Positions 38,164 through 48,870 are shown, counted from the stretch's first letter. The stretch is DNA of 52,275 nucleotides from Bacteroidota bacterium (GCA_022573915.1 JACZTA010000001.1:1-52275), one strand, 5' to 3'. Notes: generated by a model not told the origin, from the sequence alone. Translations and numbers: made by a program.

Positions 38164-38760
38164 ATGATTAAAAGACTATTCGAAATAATAATATCTTTCG
38201 TTGCTCTGATCTTATTCATGCCATTTTTCCTGATGATCATTCTCGCAATCTGGATCGAATCAAACGGATCTGTGATATACAAACAAAAAAGAGTAGGATT
38301 GAACAGAGTAGAGTTCAATATTTTCAAATTTCGAACCATGAAGCAGAACTCGGATAAAGAAGGCCTCCTAACTATTGGCAGTACTGACCGTAGAGTGACA
38401 GACGTAGGATTCGTTTTGCGCAAGACTAAATTGGATGAGCTGCCTCAGCTTTTTAATGTCTTGATAGGGAATATGAGCCTGGTGGGGCCAAGGCCGGAGG
38501 TTAAAAAGTTTGTGGATCTTTATGATGAAGAACAGCTGCAAATCTTATCTGTAAAACCGGGCATCACTGATTATGCTTCGATTGAGTTTGCCGACGAGAG
38601 TACTATATTGGAGACCTTTGAAGAACCTGAAAAAGGGTACGTAAATGAGATCATGCCTAAGAAGCTCGCACTTAATTTGGAATACATTAAGAACAGAAGT
38701 CTCGGCGGAGATTTCAAGATAATTCTCTTAACTTTACTTAGAATATTCAAAAAAAAGTAA
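38164..38760 (+). CDS. Small monotopic phosphoglycosyl transferase (PglC/WecA-independent 'sugar transferase' type)
   Basis: KRLFEIIISFVALILFMPFF...SVIYKQKRVG...FKFRTM...DELPQLFNVLIGNMSLVGPRPE. 198 aa. Confidence 0.9.
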   Translation: MIKRLFEIIISFVALILFMPFFLMIILAIWIESNGSVIYKQKRVGLNRVEFNIFKFRTMKQNSDKEGLLTIGSTDRRVTDVGFVLRKTKLDELPQLFNVLIGNMSLVGPRPEVKKFVDLYDEEQLQILSVKPGITDYASIEFADESTILETFEEPEKGYVNEIMPKKLALNLEYIKNRSLGGDFKIILLTLLRIFKKK

Positions 38761-38784
38761 GCCTCTCTTTCTAGTTGTCCTGTT

Positions 38785-40719
38785 ATGTTAGGGTACATCA
38801 AATTTGAAAAGAATTTTCCTCGCTGGACAATTTTTCTTACAGATATTCTGATTTGTCTGTTTGCGCTATTCCTGGCGTATTTATTAAGATTTAATTTCGA
38901 CGTTCCGAAGCCATACACTGATTCTCTGATCTACGTCGTACCGTTTGTTATAGCTGTCAGAATAATTGTTTTTCTACTCTTTAGAACCTACGCAGGTATC
39001 ATTCAGCATACGAGCACAGAGGACGCGATCCGGATTTTTGTGGCTATTACCACAGGTTCGGCCGTTTTTATCTTGACAAATCTTGTCTGGTCTAATTTTA
39101 CTGATAAAAATCTCATTCCACGCGCAATTGTAATTATAGATTGGTTTGTTACGATATTTTTCCTGGGTGCGTTCCGGTTATTGGTCAAGGTGTTATATTT
39201 CGAGTTGCGGACTGCCGACAAGAAACGTGTGAAGGTTATCATCTATGGGGCAGGTGAATCCGGTATAGTCACAAAGAGAACATTAGATGCTGACGCCTCC
39301 ATTAATTACAAGATAATTGGATTTGTAGATGACGATAAAAAGCTCGCCCGCAAGAAGATCGAAGGGATCACGATATACAATGCGCAAAAAGGTTTTCATA
39401 AGCTTTTGCGCGATGCGAATGCAAATCTTTTAATTATATCTCCATCAAAAATTACGCGGGACCAAAAGAAAAGAATCGTAGATCTTTGTTTAAAGTATAA
39501 GACGAAGGTTCTCAATGTACCTCCTGCTTCGCAATGGATCAACGGGGAGTTAAGTGTGAACCAGATCCGGGCAATTAGAATTGAAGATCTGTTAGGCAGA
39601 GAGCCAATAAAATTAGATTCCAAAGAGATCAATAAGCAGATCACAGACAAGACGGTCCTGATTACCGGCGCTGCCGGATCAATAGGCAGCGAGATGGCAA
39701 GGCAAATCATGGAATTTAAACCCAAGAAGCTGGTGCTATTTGATCAATCGGAAACCGCAATTTATGAATTGGAGATCGAGTTCAGAAATACCTTCCATAC
39801 AGCTAATTATGAATTTGTACTAGGCGACATCAGAAACAAGGACCGGATGACCAATGTTTTCGAGACATTTCATCCGGAGATCATCTATCATGCAGCAGCT
39901 TACAAGCATGTCCCTGTGATGGAGGAAAATCCTACTGAGTCTGTTCTAACAAATGTTCTGGGTACAAAGATCACGGCCGATTTGGCTGTTAAACATAACG
40001 TACAAACCTTTGTGCTGATCTCCACGGATAAAGCAGTGAACCCTACCAACGTGATGGGAGCGTCCAAGCGGATCGCAGAAATCTATGTACAGTCATTAGA
40101 CAATAAATTACAGGAACAAAATGGTAAGCGAACCACTCATTTTATTACGACTCGATTTGGCAACGTCTTAGGTTCAAATGGTTCTGTAGTGCAGCTTTTT
40201 AGGAATCAAATTGCCAATGGAACTCCCGTCACCGTGACTCACCCGGAAGTGACAAGGTATTTTATGACGATTCCGGAAGCCTGCCAGCTAGTGCTGGAAG
40301 CCGGTGCGATGGGAAAGGGTGGAGAGATCTTCATATTTGATATGGGTGAATCCATTAAAATTGTTGAACTGGCAAGGAAGATGATAGAACTCTCAGGACT
40401 CGAGTTAGGGAAAGACATACAACTGGTGTTTACGGGATTAAGACCGGGAGAAAAGCTTTATGAGGAGTTGTTAAATAACGAGGAAAATACAATCCCTACC
40501 CATCATCCAAAAATTATGATAGGAAAGGTGAGGGAATATCCCTTCGGGGAAATTGAAGTTTCCATTGGGCAGCTGATCAGCCTATTCGAAAAGCAGAATA
40601 ATGACGAGATAGTAGGGAAAATGAAGGAAATTGTACCTGAATTCGTGAGTAATAATTCAGTATTTCAAAAACTGGATACGTTGGAACGCGTTACTCAAAC
40701 CGCAGAATCCGACGCATGA
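38785..40719 (+). CDS. Membrane-anchored UDP-HexNAc 4,6-dehydratase (CapD/PglF/WbpM family)
   Basis: Four N-terminal TM helices, VLITGAAGSIGSE (NAD binding), YHAAAYKHVP and the STDKAV catalytic region. 644 aa. Confidence 0.9.
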   Translation: MLGYIKFEKNFPRWTIFLTDILICLFALFLAYLLRFNFDVPKPYTDSLIYVVPFVIAVRIIVFLLFRTYAGIIQHTSTEDAIRIFVAITTGSAVFILTNLVWSNFTDKNLIPRAIVIIDWFVTIFFLGAFRLLVKVLYFELRTADKKRVKVIIYGAGESGIVTKRTLDADASINYKIIGFVDDDKKLARKKIEGITIYNAQKGFHKLLRDANANLLIISPSKITRDQKKRIVDLCLKYKTKVLNVPPASQWINGELSVNQIRAIRIEDLLGREPIKLDSKEINKQITDKTVLITGAAGSIGSEMARQIMEFKPKKLVLFDQSETAIYELEIEFRNTFHTANYEFVLGDIRNKDRMTNVFETFHPEIIYHAAAYKHVPVMEENPTESVLTNVLGTKITADLAVKHNVQTFVLISTDKAVNPTNVMGASKRIAEIYVQSLDNKLQEQNGKRTTHFITTRFGNVLGSNGSVVQLFRNQIANGTPVTVTHPEVTRYFMTIPEACQLVLEAGAMGKGGEIFIFDMGESIKIVELARKMIELSGLELGKDIQLVFTGLRPGEKLYEELLNNEENTIPTHHPKIMIGKVREYPFGEIEVSIGQLISLFEKQNNDEIVGKMKEIVPEFVSNNSVFQKLDTLERVTQTAESDA

Positions 40720-41318
40720 TGTGAAGGAAGTTCTTTGTCAAAGCGATTTTCAATTACCGCTAGCATATCCTGAGGTTTATAAGTACGCCAGTTGATGTCA
40801 TTCCATTCTTCTCCCAATTTAACATAAGCATCAACATTATACTGTTTCATTTCTACCAGTACATGAGACCTGAAATTAATCATTGAGATCCAACCTTCTC
40901 CTGTTCCATTTACATTGCCATTGAGCTCTCTAAACCAATCTTCGTAATAACAATCATCTGATCCATGAAAGTTCAGGACATTTTCACCGATGAGAATAAA
41001 CTTATTAACTCCCAATTCGATCTGTTTGTCAATAATTTCTCTTTTAAACAATGCAACATCGTTGTTGATGGCATCATTCCATTCTCCGATCATTTCTATA
41101 ACGGTAAAACCGGTTTTGTAATCGGTATAAAGAATTTTTACATAAAGTGTGGAGGAGCCAAAATCATCCCATTGAGGATGAATGCAGTAGTTGTAGATGG
41201 AGTTGGTATACTCGAATTCACTGTATTCCCGCCGGTAGAAAGGCGACCGTCTATCTTCGGAAGCAATGTATTCATCTCTCCAGCTAAAATGTGGTTCTAT
41301 GTTCTGCATCTGAAACAA
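40695..41318 (-). CDS. Hypothetical protein (possible STAS-like core)
   Basis: A 207-aa ORF. VIEMIGEWNDAINNDVALFKREIIDKQIELGVNKFILIGENVLNF resembles an anti-sigma-antagonist-like fold. It overlaps capD convergently by 25 nt. Confidence 0.4.
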   Translation of the reverse strand: MFQMQNIEPHFSWRDEYIASEDRRSPFYRREYSEFEYTNSIYNYCIHPQWDDFGSSTLYVKILYTDYKTGFTVIEMIGEWNDAINNDVALFKREIIDKQIELGVNKFILIGENVLNFHGSDDCYYEDWFRELNGNVNGTGEGWISMINFRSHVLVEMKQYNVDAYVKLGEEWNDINWRTYKPQDMLAVIENRFDKELPSHHASDSAV

Positions 41319-41486
41319 ATATAAATCAAAACAATTGCATTAACAACATCCTGAAGGATGTTAATTACTTAGTTTACAGGATTCAAAAATATTTCTTTAA
41401 CTTGGTATTGAATTTTTAAAATCTCCATCCATTTGATAATTTTATTATACGTATAAAACGGCAGAAAGTCATAAAACTAAAAAATT

Positions 41487-42647
41487 ATGAAAGCACTAAC
41501 ATCATGTTATGCCTTGGTATTTTGTTTGATCCTCGTCGGTTCCGTTCAGGCAAAACATCAAAACCCAGTTGTTGATAACTTGGATTCTCGAATTTCATCA
41601 TCTTATGAGAAGTATATAGGTGGTGATCTAATGGGTAATGCCGGTATCTTTGCTCGCATTACCACGGAATATCAGATTGAGAGTTTAATCTGCCAAAGCA
41701 ACGACAGTGGCACCTGGGTAAATGATTTGAAAGAATGTCATAACCGCGACTGGAGTGGTGAACTGGAAGATATCATTATAAAGGTCTGGAACGACTCTAC
41801 CTCGATGTATGAGGAAACATTTAAGGATGTCTACAGCTATGATGGCGATGGCAACCTTATAGAAATTCTTTTTCAGGATAAGGTTGGAGCCAACTGGGTA
41901 GATACCTATCGGATAACCTATACAAATGGTACGAATGGAAAACCTACATCTTCCTTGGCTGAATCATGGGATGGAACAAACTGGAATAATAGTTCAAAGA
42001 CAACTTATACCTATGATGCTAATAACAATGTAACATCGGCGACTTCTCAAAATTGGGATGGAGCGATGTGGGTAAATTCAACCAAATTTAATTACACTTA
42101 TGATGCCAATAATCTTAATACGGAAATAATTAGCCAATACTGGGACTCCGGGAGCAGCATGTGGGTGGACAGCTACAGGAATACTTACACGTATAATGCC
42201 AGCGATAAAATTGTAACCTCGGTGGGTGAGTCCTACGACGGAACAAATTGGAATCCAAGTTACGAGCAAACATACGTGTATGACGGTAACGGCAATCTGT
42301 CAACCTGCAAGGGAGCATTCTGGGCCGGCAGCGCATATGAGGATGATGTACTATACACCTACACATGGGGAGCGCTTTCATCTGTACCTGAACCAATAGT
42401 ATCCTTTCAGCCGAGCGTATATCCAAATCCATTTAATACCACTGCTACAATAAGTTTTAATTATTTGAACGCAGCAAGTTATTCATTTGAACTATTCACA
42501 ATTTCCGGTATCTCTGTTTTGAAATATGACGAAGTGAAAGAGGGCAGGATTGAAATAAGCAGGGACATTATCGAACCGGGAATGTATATTTACAGTATTA
42601 CCGGTGAGGATGGAGTGGTGAGCACAGGTAAGTTGGTTGCACAATAA
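41487..42647 (+). CDS. Secreted protein with YD-like repeats and a T9SS type-A C-terminal sorting domain
   Basis: It has a signal peptide and repeated TYTYDANNN / VYSYDGDGNL / TYVYDGNGNL motifs. The C-terminal VYPNPFNTTATISF...YIYSITGEDGVVSTGKLV is typical of a Por secretion tail. Confidence 0.8.
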   Translation: MKALTSCYALVFCLILVGSVQAKHQNPVVDNLDSRISSSYEKYIGGDLMGNAGIFARITTEYQIESLICQSNDSGTWVNDLKECHNRDWSGELEDIIIKVWNDSTSMYEETFKDVYSYDGDGNLIEILFQDKVGANWVDTYRITYTNGTNGKPTSSLAESWDGTNWNNSSKTTYTYDANNNVTSATSQNWDGAMWVNSTKFNYTYDANNLNTEIISQYWDSGSSMWVDSYRNTYTYNASDKIVTSVGESYDGTNWNPSYEQTYVYDGNGNLSTCKGAFWAGSAYEDDVLYTYTWGALSSVPEPIVSFQPSVYPNPFNTTATISFNYLNAASYSFELFTISGISVLKYDEVKEGRIEISRDIIEPGMYIYSITGEDGVVSTGKLVAQ

Positions 42648-42690
42648 AATAATTCCGATGGTCTCTATGGTTCGTTGTGGGCCATAGAGA

Positions 42691-43485
42691 TCATTTTCCT
42701 ATCGCCTTTCTAACGCTTCCGGCTTTCAGTAATTTATTTTTAGCTTCTTCGTAACCTATTTCAAGCGCTTCTTGTACCAGCTTGCTGCCTCTTTCAATTA
42801 ATTTCTCATTAGTCAGTTGCATATCGACCATCTTATTATCCAGCACTCTGCCAAGTTTGATCATTACTGCAGTACTGATCATGTTCAAGATCAGCTTTTC
42901 GGCTGTTCCCGCCTTCATCCTGGTACTTCCTGTGATGAATTCGGGCCCGACCACTATCTCGATGGGATGGTCAGCCCATTTTGCCAACTCAGTATCGGGG
43001 TTACAGGTAATGCATGCTGTAGTTATATTATTTTCCCTGCAGTTTCTTAACGCACCAATTACATACGGTGTAGAGCCGGAAGCAGAGAGCCCTATGACAA
43101 CATCCTTGTAGTTTACATCATGTTCTTGCAAATCTTTCCAAGCCTGCGCCACATCGTCCTCAGCGAATTCCTGTGCCTTACGGATTGCAGGATCACCACC
43201 GGCTATTATTCCAATGACCAAGCCATGTTCGACTCCAAAAGTAGGAGGGCATTCAGATGCGTCCACAATACCCAGTCGACCACTGGTACCCGAACCTATA
43301 TAAAATAACCGGCCACCACTCAACATCCTGTCATAAATATTCTCTACCAGCGGTTCTATCGAAGGGATGACCTTCGTTATTGCTTTCGCGACGGATTGAT
43401 CTTCGGAATTGATTGCTTTCAATAAAAAACCGGTGGATTGTTTTTCCAGATCTCTATAGTTCGATTCGCTTTCTGTAATTTTCAT
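42691..43485 (-). CDS. murQ: N-acetylmuramic acid 6-phosphate etherase
   Basis: SIS domain with GRLFYIGSGTSGRLGIVDASECPPTFG, nearly identical to the MurQ signature. The ATG at 43485 is preferred over the upstream TTG. Confidence 0.9.
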   Translation of the reverse strand: MKITESESNYRDLEKQSTGFLLKAINSEDQSVAKAITKVIPSIEPLVENIYDRMLSGGRLFYIGSGTSGRLGIVDASECPPTFGVEHGLVIGIIAGGDPAIRKAQEFAEDDVAQAWKDLQEHDVNYKDVVIGLSASGSTPYVIGALRNCRENNITTACITCNPDTELAKWADHPIEIVVGPEFITGSTRMKAGTAEKLILNMISTAVMIKLGRVLDNKMVDMQLTNEKLIERGSKLVQEALEIGYEEAKNKLLKAGSVRKAIGK

Positions 43486-43500
43486 CTTTACTATCCCCAA

Positions 43501-44337
43501 TCAAGAATGAAATTCGATCAGCTTTTGAATTGGATCTTGCACAATTATTCCCATCTCTATTCCATTATCTCTTACGGCTTGCTCAAGAATACCTGAGAAA
43601 GTAAATGCTATGGATCCCACACTGTTCATCTTTAGGGATGTGGCTAGGTCATATTTTAAAACCTGGCTGATAATAAATTCATTGAAGCATTCGTACACAA
43701 GCTCAGAAATGAATTTATGTTCTATGTTTTCGGATAGAAATCTCGAAAAGGAGGCGAGAAACCTATTGGGGTGAGGTTGCTTATAAACGGTGTCAAGGAT
43801 TTCATTCTTATCCAGTTTATATTTCAGATCGAATCTTTCGCTTAACTCAGTTGGCAGTTCCTTATAGATATGGGCTCTGATCAATTTTTTCCCCATATAT
43901 GCTCCACTCCCTTCATCACCCATTATGAAGCCCAAAGCCGGGACGTTCTCAATAACCTCCTTTCCATCATAATAGCAAGAGTTCGAACCGGTTCCCAGGA
44001 TGGTCGCAATGCCTGCTTCATGCTGGCAAAGTGCTCTGGCAGCTCCCAGTAGATCGTGATCCACAGTAATCTCTTCAGTGTTCTTGAAGACCTCCTTGAT
44101 ACCTTGTCTGACAACCTCACATCTTTTTTCACTCGAGCAGCCTGCGCCATAAAAAAATATCTTGGTGATGGAATCAGTGTCTATCTGCGAGGCCAGCTCT
44201 TTTTTCAGAAGGTCCGATATCTCATTCTGTGTTAAGAAAAAAGGATTGATTCCGGTGGTTTTGTAAATACCGTTATTATCAGCAGAAGTTATTGACCACG
44301 TCGTTGTAGTAGAACCACTATCGGCTATGAGATGCAT
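43501..44337 (-). CDS. BadF/BadG/BcrA/BcrD-type ATPase; N-acetylglucosamine/MurNAc kinase-like
   Basis: MHLIADSGSTTTTW (phosphate-1 motif) and ILGTGSNSCYY. It lies directly upstream of murQ. Confidence 0.8.
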   Translation of the reverse strand: MHLIADSGSTTTTWSITSADNNGIYKTTGINPFFLTQNEISDLLKKELASQIDTDSITKIFFYGAGCSSEKRCEVVRQGIKEVFKNTEEITVDHDLLGAARALCQHEAGIATILGTGSNSCYYDGKEVIENVPALGFIMGDEGSGAYMGKKLIRAHIYKELPTELSERFDLKYKLDKNEILDTVYKQPHPNRFLASFSRFLSENIEHKFISELVYECFNEFIISQVLKYDLATSLKMNSVGSIAFTFSGILEQAVRDNGIEMGIIVQDPIQKLIEFHS

Positions 44338-44386
44338 TGTCTCTTAATCAAATAAAAAGCAATTTAGTTATTTTTAATAGATGGGG

Positions 44387-47014
44387 TTAGATTTTGATTC
44401 TTAAACCCACGTTGATCTGACGCAATCCACCGGGCATGATTCCGGAAGATACTCGATGTAACCTGGATGCTCTATAGATCTGGTTGGTGATATTCTTTGC
44501 GGCTAGAAAGATACTTGCATTGTTAAAAATGGTGTGCTTTTTCGTGTGAATGGCGTATGCAACTCCTGCATCTATCGAGGAATGAGAATCCAGCTTGCCA
44601 ATCGCACCGTCCGCCGTCTCGTTCTCAAAATTCAAATACTCGGTGAACTGTTCTCCCACTAAGTGGTAACTCGCGTTGACAGTTATAGATTTATACGAGT
44701 AGATCATTCTCAGGTTCACAATAGAATTAGGTACATAAGGCACATAATTATTAGCTATCGCTTGATCACCAAATTGCATTTTAATTTTTTCTATCTCATC
44801 AAAGTTCTCAGAAGTAACAATTCCCCCAAACAAGCTGTCCTTTTCAAAGTAAACATCATATCCTTGTCGTTGTGCATTGATCATGTTAATGAGCTCAGCT
44901 TTAGTAGCATTGGTATGCTTGGTCTTGAAAAGATCCTTATCAACGAGTTCTCCGGATAATATCTTAGAATTCATCAATGTGATAAATCCGCTTAGTTTTA
45001 ATGCATGATCTTTTACTCCCCCGAGGCGCAGAGGGTCAATATTGAAACCAATTTCTGTTCCACGTATTCTAACTGACCCTAATGATTCAAATGCTTCCTT
45101 ACGACCGGCAGCGTAAAAATTATTGATATGGTTATTAAATACTGCCACTTCGAGGCTTATAATATTTTTAAGAAAACTACTTCTTAGCCCTGCATCAATA
45201 TTATTACTAATCTCGGGCCTCATGTCGACCTCTTCTTCAGGTTCTGTGGATACCCCTTCCTCAATCTTCAGAAAGCCATATCCCGATGTCGGCGCCGAAT
45301 AACCTTTATATCCCCCGAGGTACACATTGATATCGTTCGATTTCTTTTCGAGAACAGAATATTCTATAGTGGCTCCGGGCGAGAATTCTTTGAAATAATT
45401 ATCCGCATACTCAGGAGTTAGTTTGGTCATTGAAACAGACTCGTACCTGATTATGGGATAGAAGCTGATTCTTCCGTTATTAAAGTTATCCTTCAAATAG
45501 ATAGAAGAGGCGGAAAGAGCAAATTTCTCATCTTTCACAAGTGTACCTTCTCTTGCTGTTCTCGACGCATCGTTAGTGATCTCTTGGTTTCTAAATTGCT
45601 CCGAGTGATACCTAAACCCTAATTCGAGTTGATTTGTTGACTTCCCCATATTCCAGTCATATTGCAAAGTTTCCTCGATACCGCCAACAGAAAAATCCCT
45701 GTTTCGACCTTTGGTGCTTTCATATCCTCTAACCAGTTTGCCAACGCGTATATAATCGTTATCATTGAAAGAAGCATTGGCTAGATAGCTATATCGACTT
45801 TCCAAAATATTGGTTCCAAGGTATAGTTCTACGTCCTCGCCTTTGATCATTGCGGTATTTTGTCGCCACCAGTATCTCTTGAACTTCGACCCGTATACTT
45901 TTGATCGTAGCGTCATTTTTTCTGAGATGGCTATTTTGTGTACAACGTCGATGGCAAATCTTGTCGTAATCAAATCATCTGCATCGAAAGGATTTTGTTT
46001 CGGATCCGATTCAAAAGTAAAAGGGGTCAACCCGCTATAAGTAGCTTGAGAATTTTCCTGGTGATAGTTGAATTTGAAATACAATGATTGGTTTTTACTC
46101 AATTCTGTGTAGAGTTTGCCTGTGGTGTTGAATATTTTTGAGGAAGAATTATCTGTATAACCTCCAAATGTTTTATTCAAAACTTGTATTTCCGCACCCA
46201 CTTTCTTCCACGTACCGCCATAAGTTATGTATTGCGAAAGATAATTGTTTGTTCCTCCAATCAAAGAAACATTTAATGTGGGTTTTAGGGGAGGTTTCTT
46301 GGTTATGTAGTTGATGGCACCAAAAATGGATTTAGACCCATACTTCAAAATCTCTGATCCTTTTATTACTTCTATTCCATCCAAACGGTCAGCGGGAGGG
46401 TTATAATAAGCTGCAGGCGATAAATATGGGGCCGGCGCTATTGGAGTACCATCTTCAAGAACCAATATCTTTTCAGATCTTCGGGGATAGGAGCCTCTAA
46501 TACCAACATTCAAACGGTTAGAGATTCCCATGTCCCCGGCCACATTTATTCCGGGTATTAGTTTTAATATCTCTTCTGTACCCACCGCCTGTATTATCTC
46601 AAGATCTTTTTTAGACACAATCGTATTTGTCCCGGCGTAATCTTCGTTATAACTCTTGTTTGTTTTAGTAATGGTTACCTCCCGAATTTGGATAGCTTTA
46701 GCAGAGAGATAAATGTTTCCCAAGTTGATCATGGAGTTCGAAGAGGAGAGTATTTTCCCCTGTAATGTTATATCGTGGAATCCCAGGCAAATAAATGAAA
46801 TATTATAAATACCAGCTTGCAGATTTTCTAAACGAAACTCACCGGACTCGTTGGAGTAAGTACCAATATTCTGGCTCACTATGACATTTACATATGAAAG
46901 TGGTACGTTTGAATCCTTGGCAAATATCTTACCTGATATGGAAGCATGCTGTGCATTTGTATTTAGCATCAGCGTAAAAAGCAGAAGAAATAAAGCCGAC
47001 GAAAAGCGATGCAT
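44387..47014 (-). CDS. TonB-dependent receptor with an N-terminal CarboxypepD_reg-like domain
   Basis: It has a signal peptide, ISGKIFAKDSNVPLSYVNVIV, a plug region (EEILKLIPGINVAGD, RGSYPRRSEKILVLEDG) and a long beta-barrel. 875 aa. Confidence 0.85.
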   Translation of the reverse strand: MHRFSSALFLLLFTLMLNTNAQHASISGKIFAKDSNVPLSYVNVIVSQNIGTYSNESGEFRLENLQAGIYNISFICLGFHDITLQGKILSSSNSMINLGNIYLSAKAIQIREVTITKTNKSYNEDYAGTNTIVSKKDLEIIQAVGTEEILKLIPGINVAGDMGISNRLNVGIRGSYPRRSEKILVLEDGTPIAPAPYLSPAAYYNPPADRLDGIEVIKGSEILKYGSKSIFGAINYITKKPPLKPTLNVSLIGGTNNYLSQYITYGGTWKKVGAEIQVLNKTFGGYTDNSSSKIFNTTGKLYTELSKNQSLYFKFNYHQENSQATYSGLTPFTFESDPKQNPFDADDLITTRFAIDVVHKIAISEKMTLRSKVYGSKFKRYWWRQNTAMIKGEDVELYLGTNILESRYSYLANASFNDNDYIRVGKLVRGYESTKGRNRDFSVGGIEETLQYDWNMGKSTNQLELGFRYHSEQFRNQEITNDASRTAREGTLVKDEKFALSASSIYLKDNFNNGRISFYPIIRYESVSMTKLTPEYADNYFKEFSPGATIEYSVLEKKSNDINVYLGGYKGYSAPTSGYGFLKIEEGVSTEPEEEVDMRPEISNNIDAGLRSSFLKNIISLEVAVFNNHINNFYAAGRKEAFESLGSVRIRGTEIGFNIDPLRLGGVKDHALKLSGFITLMNSKILSGELVDKDLFKTKHTNATKAELINMINAQRQGYDVYFEKDSLFGGIVTSENFDEIEKIKMQFGDQAIANNYVPYVPNSIVNLRMIYSYKSITVNASYHLVGEQFTEYLNFENETADGAIGKLDSHSSIDAGVAYAIHTKKHTIFNNASIFLAAKNITNQIYRASRLHRVSSGIMPGGLRQINVGLRIKI

Positions 47015-47205
47015 AATACCTATTTTTATTTAGACTAATTTTAAATAAGAGCAAAAGTAAGCTCAAAAAGTGAGAATGTCAATGATTTTTGCATTTATTT
47101 TTAGGACAGGTGCATTTTATTATAAATGGATCAATTCAACCCATCAGTATTTCGCAAGAGATTTATTTATCTTGCAAAAGCAACGCATAGCATAAAGGAG
47201 AAAAT

Positions 47206-48870
47206 ATGAATGATCAGATAAGTAACAGCGAAAAGAAAGGTCTTAAATTTTATTACCCGGTGATCCTTGCGGCAGTTTTAATCCTGGGCATGTACCTGGG
47301 AGATCAAATATCCCATCGAAATGCATCAAAGGGAAATATAATGGCTTTTGAGAGCAGGCTGAAGGTAAATCAGGTTCTGGAATATATAGATAAAAAATAT
47401 GTGGACTCTGTTAACAAGACGGTTCTGATAAAATCTGCTATTCAAGGGATACTAAAAAATCTTGATCCTCACTCGGTTTATATATCGCCTACCAATTTAC
47501 AGCAAGCCAGTGAATTTCTTCAAGGAAATTTTGAAGGAATTGGAATCAGATTTTTCATAGTTAATGATACCATTATGGTTGTCTCACCGATAGCGGGAGG
47601 ACCATCAGCCGCCTTGGGGATTTTACCCGGAGATAAGATAATAGAAATCGAAAGTGAAAATGTTGCCGGTATTGGAATTAGCGAACAGGATGTGGTTAAT
47701 ATGCTCAGAGGTGAAAAGGGCAGTGCCGTAAATATTAGCATATTGAGAGCTAATACGCGCGCTATACTTGCGTTTGATATAATCAGAGATAAAATTCCAC
47801 TTTATAGCGTCGACGTATCCTACATGGTTGATGAAAATATAGGGTATATAAAAATCAGTCATTTTAGCAGAACAACGAATACAGAATTTACGAAGGCTAT
47901 CAACATTCTTAAATCGCAAGGTCTCCAAAAAATGATACTCGATCTGAGAGGAAACCCGGGTGGTTTCCTGAATGCGGCGATAGTATTGGCGGATGAATTT
48001 ATAAATGAAGGTAAACTTCTGCTTTACACTGAAGGCCGTAGGCAAGAGAAGGAGGAATATAGGGCCAGCAAGGGGGGTAAGTTTGAGCAGGGTGATCTGG
48101 TGATCCTGATCGATAGAGGATCAGCTTCTGCAAGTGAAATTGTTGCAGGGGCAATACAGGACTGGGACAGGGGAGTGATCATTGGCAGGCGTTCGTTTGG
48201 AAAGGGCCTGGTACAAGAACAACATCAATTTGAGGATGGCTCCGCTATTCGCCTGACAATTGCCAGGTATTATACGCCTATAGGCCGTTGTATACAAAAA
48301 CCATATGATAATGGGTTTGAAGATTATTATTTTGAATCCTACGAGCGATTTTCATCTGGTGAATTAGGTAGTGCAGATAGCATAGAATTTGCAGATTCTT
48401 TAAAATTTATAACGCCGGCCGGGAAGGTCGTTTATGGTGGTGGGGGTATTATGCCTGATATTTTTGTACCACTTGATACATCCAGGAACTCTGTTTACTT
48501 GAACAAACTTATGAGAAAAGGACTGGTAATGCAGTTTGCATACGACCATGTTTCAAATCATAAAACAGATTTTAATTCTTATAAAAATGTGGCCGAATTC
48601 ATTGAGCACTATGATGCCGGTAAAGAGTTGGTGCCTCGATTAATTAAATATGCAGAACAAAAGGATGTCCCTTTTAACCAAGCCGATTTTGATAAGTCGG
48701 AAGAACAAATAGAGATTTTACTTTGCTCCTACGTAGCTCAGCAATTGTGGAGAAACGAAGGGTTTTACCAGGTAAGAAATCAGCTTGATGAGGTATTTCA
48801 GAAGGCGCTTGAAGTACTGAATTCGGAAGAATCAGTAGAATCAGAGCTGTCCTTGAACCAAGCCAAATAA
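47206..48870 (+). CDS. S41-family C-terminal processing peptidase (Ctp/Prc-like) with a PDZ domain
   Basis: PDZ (GIGIRF...SPIAGGPSAALGILPGDKIIEIE), LDLRGNPGGFL and the SASASEI catalytic region. Confidence 0.9.
   Translation: MNDQISNSEKKGLKFYYPVILAAVLILGMYLGDQISHRNASKGNIMAFESRLKVNQVLEYIDKKYVDSVNKTVLIKSAIQGILKNLDPHSVYISPTNLQQASEFLQGNFEGIGIRFFIVNDTIMVVSPIAGGPSAALGILPGDKIIEIESENVAGIGISEQDVVNMLRGEKGSAVNISILRANTRAILAFDIIRDKIPLYSVDVSYMVDENIGYIKISHFSRTTNTEFTKAINILKSQGLQKMILDLRGNPGGFLNAAIVLADEFINEGKLLLYTEGRRQEKEEYRASKGGKFEQGDLVILIDRGSASASEIVAGAIQDWDRGVIIGRRSFGKGLVQEQHQFEDGSAIRLTIARYYTPIGRCIQKPYDNGFEDYYFESYERFSSGELGSADSIEFADSLKFITPAGKVVYGGGGIMPDIFVPLDTSRNSVYLNKLMRKGLVMQFAYDHVSNHKTDFNSYKNVAEFIEHYDAGKELVPRLIKYAEQKDVPFNQADFDKSEEQIEILLCSYVAQQLWRNEGFYQVRNQLDEVFQKALEVLNSEESVESELSLNQAK

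Noticed and set aside
47140-47175. Inverted repeat GCAAGA-N10-TCTTGC upstream of the S41 protease gene as a regulator binding site.
   Set aside because: The arms are only 6 bp in an A+T-rich divergent promoter region, which is easily explained by chance.
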